64,000 bases of DNA from Sphingobacteriaceae bacterium (lineage in GTDB: Bacteria > Bacteroidota > Bacteroidia > UBA7662), in the NCBI GenBank assembly GCA_013824115.1, contig PNNG01000027.1, positions 20,425 through 84,424 on the forward strand. The letters run 5' to 3'. Each line of letters opens with the position of its first letter. Position 1 is the stretch's first letter. The notes beneath the pieces are model-generated. The model was not told the origin of the DNA and did not search any database. It was given only the letters and a program-made list of their open reading frames with translations. Below, one piece after another: positions 1-9,394 of the stretch. The translations under genes and the position numbers were made by a program.

Positions 1-1479
1 GTGAACTTGGCGGTGCTTTCCGATAACGATCATCGCCAACTCAGAGGCAGCGGCATGGCTATGATATTTCAAGAACCCATGTCGGCGCTCAACCCAGTGA
101 TGCGCTGTGGCGAGCAAGTGGCAGAAGCGGTACGTCAGCATCACCAGCACTGGAGCGAGCAGCAGGTACAGAAGCAAGTTTTAGCGTTATTTGAAGAGGT
201 GCAATTGCCCCGTCCGCAGCAACTCATGCAATCGTACCCCCATGCCCTTAGTGGTGGACAACGCCAAAGGGTGATGATAGCCATGGCACTTGCCTGCGAA
301 CCCGCTTTATTGATTGCCGATGAACCTACCACGGCTTTGGATGTAACCGTGCAGGCCGGCATTTTAGCGCTTTTGAAAGAGTTAAGCCAAGCACGCGCTT
401 TAGGCGTATTGTTTATTACGCATGACTTGGGGGTGGTAGCACAATTGGCCGATGAGGTGGTGGTGCTTTACCGCGGAAATTTGGTTGAAAAGGGACCTAC
501 CCAGGCGCTTTTTGAATCTCCCCAACAAGCCTATACCCAGGGTTTATTGGCTTGTAAGCCCAGGATGCACGAACGCTTACTTCGTTTGCCCACCGTGGCC
601 GATTTTACAGAAAGGCAACATCCCTTTGTTTTTGAGGTAGAAGATGCTGGCCAACGCCAAAAACGACAGGAACAAATGTATGCTCAGCCGCCCATAGCGC
701 AGGTGAAGGATTTGTGTTTGTGGTACACCCAGAAGGGTGCTTTTTGGCAAAAAGACCAGGTGGTGAAAGCGGTCGATGGGGTAAGTTTCGATGTTTTTCC
801 CTGCGAAACCCTGGGTTTGGTGGGCGAATCGGGTTCGGGCAAAAGCACCATTGGCAGGGTAGTGGCAGGTTTGCTCACACCTACCAGCGGTGAGCTTATG
901 TATCGTGGAAAGGCTTATGCCGATTTGCAGGGAGAAGCTAAAAAGCTATTCAGACGGAAAGTACAGGTCATTTTTCAGGATCCTTATGGTAGCCTAAATC
1001 CACGCATGCGGGTAGGCGATGCCTTGGTCGAACCCTTGCACGTACACAAGCTTGTGAAAGGTACTGCCGCACGCGAAGCCAGGGTAAAGCAATTGCTCGA
1101 TCAAGTGGGTTTGCCTGCAGATGCAGCTCAACGCTATCCGCATGAGTTCAGCGGCGGACAACGCCAGCGCATTGTCATTGCTCGCTGTTTGGCCATGGAG
1201 CCTGAGTTCGTAGTTTGCGATGAAAGTGTGTCGGCGCTCGATGTATCGGTACAGGCTCAGGTGCTTAATCTACTAAAAAGTTTACAGCAGGAACTTAAGC
1301 TCACGTATATATTTATTTCACACGATATGTCGGTGGTTAAGCACCTTTCCGACCGTGTGATGGTTTTAAAACAAGGGAAATGCGAAGAGCTGCAAGAGGC
1401 CGATGCCTTGTATGCAGCTCCTCAATCGGCCTACAGCCAAAAACTGCTGGCGGCCATTCCCGAAATCAAATGGAACTAA
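1..1479 (+). CDS. Peptide/nickel-type ABC transporter ATP-binding protein with two fused ATPase domains (5'-truncated by window)
   Basis: Signature motifs LSGGQRQR and FSGGQRQR; Walker B IADEPT and VCDESV; second Walker A GESGSGKST. The first Walker A lies upstream of the window. Confidence 0.92.
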   Translation: MNLAVLSDNDHRQLRGSGMAMIFQEPMSALNPVMRCGEQVAEAVRQHHQHWSEQQVQKQVLALFEEVQLPRPQQLMQSYPHALSGGQRQRVMIAMALACEPALLIADEPTTALDVTVQAGILALLKELSQARALGVLFITHDLGVVAQLADEVVVLYRGNLVEKGPTQALFESPQQAYTQGLLACKPRMHERLLRLPTVADFTERQHPFVFEVEDAGQRQKRQEQMYAQPPIAQVKDLCLWYTQKGAFWQKDQVVKAVDGVSFDVFPCETLGLVGESGSGKSTIGRVVAGLLTPTSGELMYRGKAYADLQGEAKKLFRRKVQVIFQDPYGSLNPRMRVGDALVEPLHVHKLVKGTAAREARVKQLLDQVGLPADAAQRYPHEFSGGQRQRIVIARCLAMEPEFVVCDESVSALDVSVQAQVLNLLKSLQQELKLTYIFISHDMSVVKHLSDRVMVLKQGKCEELQEADALYAAPQSAYSQKLLAAIPEIKWN

Positions 1480-1480
1480 C

Positions 1481-3631
1481 ATGCCCAAATCAAATACCAA
1501 CAACCTCAAAAAACAGCTTTCGCAATTGAGCGATGAGGTATTGCGCTTTTATCGTTCTTCGAAGAGTGAAAAATCGTACAACTACCGCGAGGTAGCTGCC
1601 AAATTGCATATTACCGATGATATGGGCCGCGCCCTCATACAGCAAGTGGTTGAAAAGCTTTTTGCCCAAGAACAATTGGAAGAAGTGAGGCCTGGTTCTT
1701 TTCGCATCAGTCGCAAAGAAAGCACCCTCGAAGGGAGGGTTTCCATCACGGCCAAAGGCTTCGGCTTTTTGATTACCGAAGAAGGTGCCGACGATATTTT
1801 TATCCCCGAAACCAAGCTGCACAATGCCCTGCCCAACGATTTGGTGCGGGTGAAGGTAAAAAAAGGTAGGGGTGGACAAGGCCGCAAAGAAGCCGAAGTG
1901 CTTGAAGTGGTGGAGCGCCACCGCAGCTTCTTCGTGGGCATCATTCGCATTGGCGGAAAAGATGCTTTTGTAACGCCCGACAGCAAGGAAATAGCCGTCG
2001 ACATCATTGTACCGGCCGATAAGCGAGGCGCTGCCAAAGACGGACAAAAGGTGATTGTAAAATTCATCGATTGGCCCATCAACCGGCACAATCCCATTGG
2101 TGAAGTCACCGAAATATTGGGTTCACCGGGCGAACACGATACCGAAATGCTGTCGATTACAGCAGAATTTGGCTTCCACTTGCACTTTTCGCCACAGGCC
2201 ATTGCCCAGGCCGAGCAGTATAGCTTGGAGGTTTCGATTGAGGAAATCAAAAAGCGCCGTGATTTTAGGAGCATCACCACTTTTACCATCGACCCCGACG
2301 ATGCCAAGGACTTCGACGATGCCTTGTCGATTCAGTTCCTCGACAATGGCAATTACGAAATTGGGGTGCACATTGCCGACGTATCGCACTACGTGACGCC
2401 GGGCAGTCCGCTCGACCAAGAGGCATTCCGACGCGCTACTTCGGTGTATTTGGTCGACCGCGTGGTCCCCATGTTGCCCGAAAATCTGAGCAATATGGTG
2501 TGTTCGCTTCGTCCCCACGAAGAAAAGCTCACCTATTCAGCGGTTTTTGAAATGACGCCCAAAGGCGACATCCTCGATGAGTGGTTTGGTCGCACCGTCA
2601 TCAAATCGGATCACCGGTTTACCTACGACGAGGTGCAACAAATTATAGAAAAAGGAGAAGGACCGTTTTTGCGTGAAATAAATGTGCTCAATGGCTTGGC
2701 CTTGGAATTACGTGAAGACCGTTTCCGCCGGGGTTCAATTCGCTTTGAGTCGGAAGAGCTCAAGTTTAAGCTCGATGAAAATGGTAAACCCCTTTCTGTT
2801 TTCATCAAGGAACGGAAAGACGCCCATATGCTTATCGAAGATTTTATGTTATTGGCCAATCGCCGGGTAGCCCATTATGTCTCGGGTTTGTCGGGCGGAC
2901 AGTACAACGCCTCCTTCGTGTACCGTGTGCACGATTCGCCCGATATGGACCGACTTCGCAGCTTTGCCCGTTTTGTAGAACGATTCGGCTACAGCATCAA
3001 CACCCGCAGTCGCAAGGAAATCAGCCAGTCGTTTAACCAGCTGGTAGAAGATTTGGATGGCAAGGAGGAAGCCGACATCATAGAATCGATGGCTATTCGC
3101 ACCATGGCCAAAGCCATTTACACCACCAAAAATATTGGTCACTACGGCCTGGCCTTTCAGCATTACAGCCACTTTACTTCGCCCATTCGCCGTTATCCCG
3201 ACGTTTTGGTTCACCGCCTCCTCGATGCTTATATGGCCTCAGCCAAGCCGGTGCAGCAGGAAGCCCTCGAAAAGGAGTGCCTGCACTGCAGCGAGCGTGA
3301 ACGTGCAGCTACCCAGGCCGAGCGCGCTTCTACCAAGTACAAACAAATTGAAATGATTGTGGGCAGAGAAGGAGAGGAGTTTGAGGGTATGGTGAGCAGC
3401 ATCACCGATTTCGGCTTTTATGTGGTCATCGATTTTAACCACTGCGAAGGCCTTATCCGTTTTGCAGCCATGCATGACGATAAGTATTTCTTCGACGAAG
3501 ACGATTACTGCGTGATTGGCAACCGAAGTGGTAGGCGCATTCGTTTGGGACAAAAAGTCACCGTAGAACTGAAAAAGACCGATCTTCGTACCCGTCAAGT
3601 CGATTACGCATACATTCCACCGAAGAAATAA
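1481..3631 (+). CDS. rnr: Ribonuclease R
   Basis: RNB motifs TIDPDDAKDFDDA and HFTSPIRRYPD; N-terminal cold-shock domains; C-terminal S1 domain. ATG at 1481 follows the upstream stop. Confidence 0.95.
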   Translation: MPKSNTNNLKKQLSQLSDEVLRFYRSSKSEKSYNYREVAAKLHITDDMGRALIQQVVEKLFAQEQLEEVRPGSFRISRKESTLEGRVSITAKGFGFLITEEGADDIFIPETKLHNALPNDLVRVKVKKGRGGQGRKEAEVLEVVERHRSFFVGIIRIGGKDAFVTPDSKEIAVDIIVPADKRGAAKDGQKVIVKFIDWPINRHNPIGEVTEILGSPGEHDTEMLSITAEFGFHLHFSPQAIAQAEQYSLEVSIEEIKKRRDFRSITTFTIDPDDAKDFDDALSIQFLDNGNYEIGVHIADVSHYVTPGSPLDQEAFRRATSVYLVDRVVPMLPENLSNMVCSLRPHEEKLTYSAVFEMTPKGDILDEWFGRTVIKSDHRFTYDEVQQIIEKGEGPFLREINVLNGLALELREDRFRRGSIRFESEELKFKLDENGKPLSVFIKERKDAHMLIEDFMLLANRRVAHYVSGLSGGQYNASFVYRVHDSPDMDRLRSFARFVERFGYSINTRSRKEISQSFNQLVEDLDGKEEADIIESMAIRTMAKAIYTTKNIGHYGLAFQHYSHFTSPIRRYPDVLVHRLLDAYMASAKPVQQEALEKECLHCSERERAATQAERASTKYKQIEMIVGREGEEFEGMVSSITDFGFYVVIDFNHCEGLIRFAAMHDDKYFFDEDDYCVIGNRSGRRIRLGQKVTVELKKTDLRTRQVDYAYIPPKK

Positions 3632-4623
3632 TGAACGCTTCAGCCCCTTTGAAACACCACCTTGAGCAACTCCGGTTGGAGCTGCAGCACGAATTAAATC
3701 AGCTGCATTTGCCAGCACACCCGCAGCGCTTGTACGAACCCATCCGCTATTTTCTTGATTTGGGTGGCAAGCGATTGCGACCGGTTTTGAGTTTGTTGGC
3801 CGCCGAATTGTTTGGTGCACCGCGCAGTTTGGCCATGGGACCGGCCTTGGCGGTGGAGCTTTTTCATAACTTCACCCTCTTGCACGACGATATCATGGAT
3901 GAAGCGCCCCTGCGTCGCGGAAAACCTACGGTGCACGAAAAATACAACCGCGACGTAGCCATTCTTTCGGGCGATGCGCTGATGGTTTTGGCCTATGAGC
4001 AATTGTTGAAGGCACCGGCGAACGCAGTGCCCTCGCTGTTGGCTGTAATGAACAAGGTAGCCTTGGAAGTATGTGAAGGACAGCAGTACGACATGGATTT
4101 TCAATCGATGGACGAAGTGACCACCCCTGAATACATGCGGATGATCAAGTTAAAAACTTCGGTACTGTTGGGTGCAGCCTTGCAAATGGGCGCCATTGTA
4201 GCCAGTGCCAGTGAGGCCGACCAGGCACGCGTGTATGAGTTTGGCGTATTAACCGGACTGGCCTTTCAGGTACAAGACGATTTGTTGGATGTATTCGGCG
4301 ACCCTGCCAAGTTTGGAAAGAAGCCCGGCGGCGATATTTTGGCCAATAAGAATACCTTTTTGCGTGTAAAGGCCATGGAAGTGGCCGACGAAGCGGGAGT
4401 GCTGGCGCTTCAAAGTTTGTATGCAGCACCCAATTCAGAAGCCAAAGTGCAGGAAATTACGCACTTTTTCCGCCAATGGGGTATTCGCGAATTGGCCGAA
4501 GCCGAAATGAAACTCCTGCTTGAACAGGCTTTTGAGCAGTTAAATGCTTTAGAAGGTGTTGATGAGCATGCGCGCCAAGTGCTTCGTGCTTTCGCAGCCT
4601 ATTTGATAGCCCGAGAGGAATAA
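3631..4623 (+). CDS. Polyprenyl (geranylgeranyl-type) diphosphate synthase
   Basis: GGKRLRP, first Asp-rich motif HDDIMD..RRG, KT motif, second motif FQVQDDLLD. Confidence 0.93.
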   Translation: MNASAPLKHHLEQLRLELQHELNQLHLPAHPQRLYEPIRYFLDLGGKRLRPVLSLLAAELFGAPRSLAMGPALAVELFHNFTLLHDDIMDEAPLRRGKPTVHEKYNRDVAILSGDALMVLAYEQLLKAPANAVPSLLAVMNKVALEVCEGQQYDMDFQSMDEVTTPEYMRMIKLKTSVLLGAALQMGAIVASASEADQARVYEFGVLTGLAFQVQDDLLDVFGDPAKFGKKPGGDILANKNTFLRVKAMEVADEAGVLALQSLYAAPNSEAKVQEITHFFRQWGIRELAEAEMKLLLEQAFEQLNALEGVDEHARQVLRAFAAYLIAREE

Positions 4624-4640
4624 GCAGGCTGCAAGCTCAT

Positions 4641-4675
4641 AAAAAAAGCCCCGAATTTGCATTCGGGGCTTTTTT
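4641..4675. terminator. Bidirectional intrinsic terminator
   Basis: A7-GCCCCGAAT-ttgc-ATTCGGGGC-T6 between convergent genes. Confidence 0.85.
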
Positions 4676-4689
4676 GTGAAGAAGCAATT

Positions 4690-4962
4690 TTAGTTGGCTT
4701 CTTCGGTGGCAACAGGGATAACCGATACAAAAGAACGGTCCGACTGGCCTTTTTTGAATTCTACCTTACCGTCAACAAGGGCGAAAAGGGTGTGGTCTTT
4801 ACCGATACCTACATTCTGACCAGGGTGGTGCTTGGTGCCACGCTGACGAACGATGATATTTCCGCTGGCAGCGAATTGACCTCCGTAGATCTTTACGCCC
4901 AGTCGTTTGCTTTCTGATTCGCGTCCGTTCTTCGAACTACCGACGCCTTTCTTGTGAGCCAT
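4690..4962 (-). CDS. rpmA: 50S ribosomal protein L27
   Basis: [24 protein letters not shown]...IIVRQRGT. Confidence 0.98.
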   Translation of the reverse strand: MAHKKGVGSSKNGRESESKRLGVKIYGGQFAASGNIIVRQRGTKHHPGQNVGIGKDHTLFALVDGKVEFKKGQSDRSFVSVIPVATEEAN

Positions 4963-4982
4963 GGATTATTTTCTCCTGTGGT

Positions 4983-5291
4983 TTAACCGATTGATTCGAT
5001 GGTGATTTTGGTAAAGGATTGACGGTGACCGTTCAATTTCTGATAACCTTTACGACGCTTTTTCTTGAATACCAGCACTTTGTCGCCTTTCAGGTGAGAA
5101 ACGACTTTGGCTGAGATGGTGGTACCGGACACATAAGGTGCGCCAACTTGAACGCTGCTGTCATCGCTTACCAAAAGCACTTTGTCGAGGGTAATGGTAG
5201 TACCTTCTTCAGCGGGTAAACGATGCACATACACGTGCTGGTTCTTTGAAACCTTAAATTGTTGTCCTTGAATGTCAACAATGGCAAACAT
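4983..5291 (-). CDS. rplU: 50S ribosomal protein L21
   Basis: MFAIVDIQGQQFKV...KKKRRKGYQKLNGHRQ; adjacent to rpmA. Confidence 0.98.
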   Translation of the reverse strand: MFAIVDIQGQQFKVSKNQHVYVHRLPAEEGTTITLDKVLLVSDDSSVQVGAPYVSGTTISAKVVSHLKGDKVLVFKKKRRKGYQKLNGHRQSFTKITIESIG

Positions 5292-5313
5292 TTTCGTGCG
5301 AATTTTAGAACTG

Positions 5314-5321
5314 CAAAGATA
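5314..5321 (-). promoter_or_regulatory. Bacteroidota -7 promoter element of rplU-rpmA
   Basis: TATCTTTG matches TAnnTTTG, about 22 nt upstream of the rplU ATG. Confidence 0.65.
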
Positions 5322-5359
5322 GCAGATGGAATTGAATTACAAAGCAGCGAGCAAAAAAG

Positions 5360-7711
5360 CTAGAAAGGGAAATTGATTCCCAGGTTCAAACTCGTGAAAG
5401 GATAGCGCCCTGTGGTAGGGGCATTGAGGTTTAATTCGTTTCTCCAATCGTTTTGTCTCCAGTTTTTATCGATCAAATGGGCAATCACCCAACGGTTACC
5501 TGAGGTGAATGCCGGGTCGTGTACTTTAAGTCCCATATCTACCCGGATGACGAAATAGGTAAAATCGTAGCGCAAGCCAAATCCTGTACCTACGGCAATT
5601 TCTTTGTAAAAACGGTTGAAGGCAAAGTTGGCCACCTCCCCCTTGGCCGCAGTGGTGTCTTTCAACGTCCAAATGTTTCCGGCATCTAAAAATACAGCTC
5701 CTTGAAATTTGCCGAAAATAGGGAATCGCTGCTCCAAATTGCCTTCTAAGCGCATTTCACCAAATTGATCAAGCCGAGCTCCGTAGACGCCATATCCTCC
5801 CGGACCCACAGAACGCGCCAACCAGGCACGGATGCTGTTGGTTCCTCCGGCAAAATAGCGCTTTTCGAGTGGCAGGATGATGGAGTTTTGCAGCGGCAAT
5901 CCCACCCCAATGAATATGCGCGATGCCAATTTGGTGTGCTCGCCCTGCTGCCAATGCTTGCGGTATTCTAAGTCGGCACGGATATACTGGAAATAAGGAA
6001 GTCCGAGCAAGGTCCGCGGATTTTGCCCTTCCTGAAAATCAAAAGCCCTGTAAATAGCGTGCAGCGCATTGCCAGCAAACTCCATATTTACCCGCATGAA
6101 AGTTCCCCGGGTGTTGATATTGTCGACCGAGTATGCAAAACGCGAAGCCAGGTTGATATAATTGGTAAAGCTGAACTGTAAAAACGGATCCTGGATTTGG
6201 TTCAATACATCAGACAGGTTTTGGCTGATGCGGGCAGTACGTGCAAAAGAAATTTCGGCGGGAAATACCTCAAATCGCTCGCGGGCTCTATTCATCCACA
6301 AATAACCAATGTTCGTTTGGAAAACTTCGCGGGTGAAATCCAAGCGGATTTGCCTGCTGTAATTGATGCCTAAGCGGGTACGGGGTGCAGTATAAAACCG
6401 GTTGTTCCAACTGTTAAATGGCCATAAAAAACGCGGAATAGTCAAGGAGGTGCCAAAACCAAATTCAAGGGTGTTGAAAGTGGTACGCGATAGTACATCG
6501 GTATTGGTTACGTTTTGCTGCGATTCAACACCGGCATTTAAGCGAAACTCGAGCAGTTCGCCGCCTTTCAGCACATTCCGGCGCAGCTCGGTGATTCCCC
6601 CCGAAATACCAAAGAGCGAAATGGAATTGGTAGAAACTTCGCTATCGAATTTTAATTGCCGTTTGGGACTTGGCGTTAAATTCATGAGCACATTCAAAGT
6701 GCGATTGGAGTCGTTGGGCACAATTCGAATGTTGTTGTAATTGTATACTTTCAAGTCGGAAATACGGCTTTGGGTAAGTCGCATGGCCGATTCGCTGAAG
6801 TTGGTTCCTTTTCTGAATAGCAGGTTTTGTACAAGAATTTCTTTGCTGATGCTGGAGGGTATGCGGTCAACGAAATAGTAACCCGCCCTTTCGGTGGTGT
6901 CCTGCTCGTTGGAGGGCTGTTGCGATTGAAAAACCTGATAATCTACATTGACTACAATGCTATCGAAACGAAAGGGCTCAAAGTAAAAGCGCTCTTTTGG
7001 GCGCTTGATGCGTATATTGATGTTGACTTGGTGGTTGCCAGCAGAGGTGTCAACGTCGTAAAAAATCAAATCGCGATTGAAGTAGAAAAAACCTTGTTCG
7101 CGCAAATAGTTAGCCAGAGTGCCTCTGCCGCGCGAAAGCTCATCGGCATCGTAGGCTTGTCCGTTGCTTAACGGGAATTGTCGGCTTTCATACAAATGAA
7201 ACAGCACAAAGGGGTCGATAGGCGACTGTGTGGGAATGTAATTGATTTGCTTTACGCTGTAGCGTGGTCCGGGTGTGATGCGGTAATGCACCCTGGCTTT
7301 TTTAGCATTTCGAGCATGAGGTTCTACAACGGTTTCCACTTTGCCGAAAAAATAGCCTTTATCGCGCAGGTAGCGGTCTAAATTGGTACGGCTTTCAAAC
7401 AGTTGGGTGGAGTCGAGCAGTGCAGGTGGTTCGCCCAAGCTTTCGTTTACCCGGTTCCAAAATGAAGAAGTACGGCCACGGGTAGCCCGTTGATGGATCC
7501 ATGCTTTGCTTCTGAAAACGCCTAAAAATTTCCGATTTGCCCTTGGCCGAATGAATGAGTGCATTTCGGTTTTTTGCAATTTATCGATGCCGCTTATCTT
7601 GTTTCTCGTTACCAAAACCTCATCTTCGTAGAGCGATTTGGTGACATTGCAGCTGCCCAGAAGCAACAAGGCAATCAACAGAAAACAGCGACGGTTAACA
7701 ATAAATTTCAA
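5360..7711 (-). CDS. Omp85 (BamA/TamA, TamL-like) outer-membrane lipoprotein
   Basis: Lipobox LLLGSC, POTRA-like region, barrel motifs YFAGGTNSIRAW and FLDAGNIW, C-terminal FPF. Start placed at TTG 7711 because the ORF extension overlaps the divergent methyltransferase; the start is uncertain. Confidence 0.85.
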   Translation of the reverse strand: MKFIVNRRCFLLIALLLLGSCNVTKSLYEDEVLVTRNKISGIDKLQKTEMHSFIRPRANRKFLGVFRSKAWIHQRATRGRTSSFWNRVNESLGEPPALLDSTQLFESRTNLDRYLRDKGYFFGKVETVVEPHARNAKKARVHYRITPGPRYSVKQINYIPTQSPIDPFVLFHLYESRQFPLSNGQAYDADELSRGRGTLANYLREQGFFYFNRDLIFYDVDTSAGNHQVNINIRIKRPKERFYFEPFRFDSIVVNVDYQVFQSQQPSNEQDTTERAGYYFVDRIPSSISKEILVQNLLFRKGTNFSESAMRLTQSRISDLKVYNYNNIRIVPNDSNRTLNVLMNLTPSPKRQLKFDSEVSTNSISLFGISGGITELRRNVLKGGELLEFRLNAGVESQQNVTNTDVLSRTTFNTLEFGFGTSLTIPRFLWPFNSWNNRFYTAPRTRLGINYSRQIRLDFTREVFQTNIGYLWMNRARERFEVFPAEISFARTARISQNLSDVLNQIQDPFLQFSFTNYINLASRFAYSVDNINTRGTFMRVNMEFAGNALHAIYRAFDFQEGQNPRTLLGLPYFQYIRADLEYRKHWQQGEHTKLASRIFIGVGLPLQNSIILPLEKRYFAGGTNSIRAWLARSVGPGGYGVYGARLDQFGEMRLEGNLEQRFPIFGKFQGAVFLDAGNIWTLKDTTAAKGEVANFAFNRFYKEIAVGTGFGLRYDFTYFVIRVDMGLKVHDPAFTSGNRWVIAHLIDKNWRQNDWRNELNLNAPTTGRYPFTSLNLGINFPF

Positions 7712-7715
7712 AACA

Positions 7716-8459
7716 ATGCTCAGCAAGGCGGAGGTAAAGATAATTGCTTCTCTCAAACTCAAGAAAAATAGACAAGAAACAGGACTATTTGTAGTAGAAG
7801 GAGAAAAAACCGTGGAAGAAGCACTCCTGGCAGGCTGGACGTGCGACAAGTTACTGCTAAAAGAAGGTTATCAAGAAAAACTCAAACCGGTTTCGACATT
7901 GCATCAGCAGCAGGTGCTCTTGGTTTCTGAAGAAAATATGGAGCGCATGACCCAGCTGTCATCGCCTTCACCTGTTTTAGGTGTATTCAGGCAACAAAGC
8001 TTGCCTTGGACCTGGAAAGCTGGCGATTCAAATTTTGTGCTTTTGTTGGACCAATTGCGCGATCCGGGCAACTTAGGTACCATCATACGCATAGCCGATT
8101 GGTTTGGACTGGCAGGTGTATTTTGCAGCAACGAAAGTGTGGAGCTGTGGAATAGCAAAACCATTCAGGCTTCTATGGGTAGCATTTTCAGGGTGCCTGT
8201 ACAGTACGGCGATGCTATGGAATTTGCTCGTGAGGCCAAGGCCGGCGAGTTGTATGCAACCGTATTGGGGGGTACCGATTTGCGCGCGCAAAAGCCGGGT
8301 GTAGGAGGAATCGTGATGGTGGGCAGCGAATCGTTCGGATTATCGCCGGCCCTGCAAAAAATGGCAGGCCAACAACTTACCATACCGTCGTTTGGGAAAG
8401 CCGAATCATTGAATGCCGCCGTTGCCACGGGCATTGTATGTGCTTGGCTACGCAGTTAG
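7716..8459 (+). CDS. TrmH/SpoU family RNA methyltransferase
   Basis: FVVEGEK, DPGNLGTIIRIADWFG, GSESFGLS and ESLNAAVA SPOUT motifs. Confidence 0.92.
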   Translation: MLSKAEVKIIASLKLKKNRQETGLFVVEGEKTVEEALLAGWTCDKLLLKEGYQEKLKPVSTLHQQQVLLVSEENMERMTQLSSPSPVLGVFRQQSLPWTWKAGDSNFVLLLDQLRDPGNLGTIIRIADWFGLAGVFCSNESVELWNSKTIQASMGSIFRVPVQYGDAMEFAREAKAGELYATVLGGTDLRAQKPGVGGIVMVGSESFGLSPALQKMAGQQLTIPSFGKAESLNAAVATGIVCAWLRS

Positions 8460-9385
8460 GGCTTTTGTAAACCCGATTTTTTGTTCGGATCGGCCTTCAC
8501 CTTGGGTGTTTGTTCGGGCATGCGTACATCCACATTGTCTTGGTACATCCATTTGCTCTTTTTCCACACAAAAGCATTGAAGCTGCCATCGGGCACGTCG
8601 TCGTAGCCATATCCGGTATTTTCGGCATGGCGAGGCACCAAATTGTCGAATACAATGCGTTGAATACTGGCTTCGTACCGTAACTGTGCCGTTACATCGG
8701 CTGCATATTCTATGTAGTAGCGGTGTTTGGTGCCTTTGGGCGTTTGAAAGAGTGGCGCACCGAAGTGGGCTACGCCTTGCTTGTCGAACCACAACAACTC
8801 AATCATTTTGCGGCGCGAAAAAGGTTCGTGTTGGTCGTAGCCAATGAGTGTATAGTAGGTAACTCCTTTCACTTTTTTGATTTCGGGAACCACCTGAAAA
8901 TAGGCCGCACCATACCAACTTTTGTGGTTGAAAGTGGTGTCGTCGCGACCTAAAAATTCATCACTGCGGTCGAGCAGGGGAATAACCCTTGCGGGCTTTT
9001 CATTAGTGAGAATGCAACCGAAATGCCTCATGGTTCCCATTTCTTGCTTGACTTGCCAAGTGAAAATGCGGTATTTGCGGTCGGGCGTATAAAGCTTGCT
9101 GATGAATCGCAGGGAGTCGAAGGGGAAATCGAAGGCTCCATCGATACGCAAGCTCCGAACCAGGCCACGAATGAATAGGTAGTTGGCATCATTGCGGTCG
9201 AAAGTACTATCGCCATATTGTGCCCAGTACATGAGCTCAGTAAGCCGTATTTGCTCGTCGTACAATTCCTGATCGAAGCTGCGATCCATCACCCCGTCGG
9301 GGGTCTGGGCTTCGAGCGAAATCAAGCTGCTACCACAGAGCAAAAGCGTAAGTAGAAAAATGCGCATGTGAACTTTAACCAACAT
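8456..9385 (-). CDS. Exported hypothetical protein
   Basis: 309-aa ORF with a signal-peptide-like N-terminus, filling the gap; no recognisable catalytic motif. Confidence 0.75.
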   Translation of the reverse strand: MLVKVHMRIFLLTLLLCGSSLISLEAQTPDGVMDRSFDQELYDEQIRLTELMYWAQYGDSTFDRNDANYLFIRGLVRSLRIDGAFDFPFDSLRFISKLYTPDRKYRIFTWQVKQEMGTMRHFGCILTNEKPARVIPLLDRSDEFLGRDDTTFNHKSWYGAAYFQVVPEIKKVKGVTYYTLIGYDQHEPFSRRKMIELLWFDKQGVAHFGAPLFQTPKGTKHRYYIEYAADVTAQLRYEASIQRIVFDNLVPRHAENTGYGYDDVPDGSFNAFVWKKSKWMYQDNVDVRMPEQTPKVKADPNKKSGLQKP

Positions 9386-9394
9386 GCCGCAAAT

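Noticed and set aside
7712..7849. N-terminal extensions in the ORF track (Omp85; also rnr 1403, rsmB 32935, ssb 42524, GT2 48221, tolC 61454)
   Set aside because: They overlap neighbouring genes or terminators and precede the family-typical N-termini; downstream starts were used instead.
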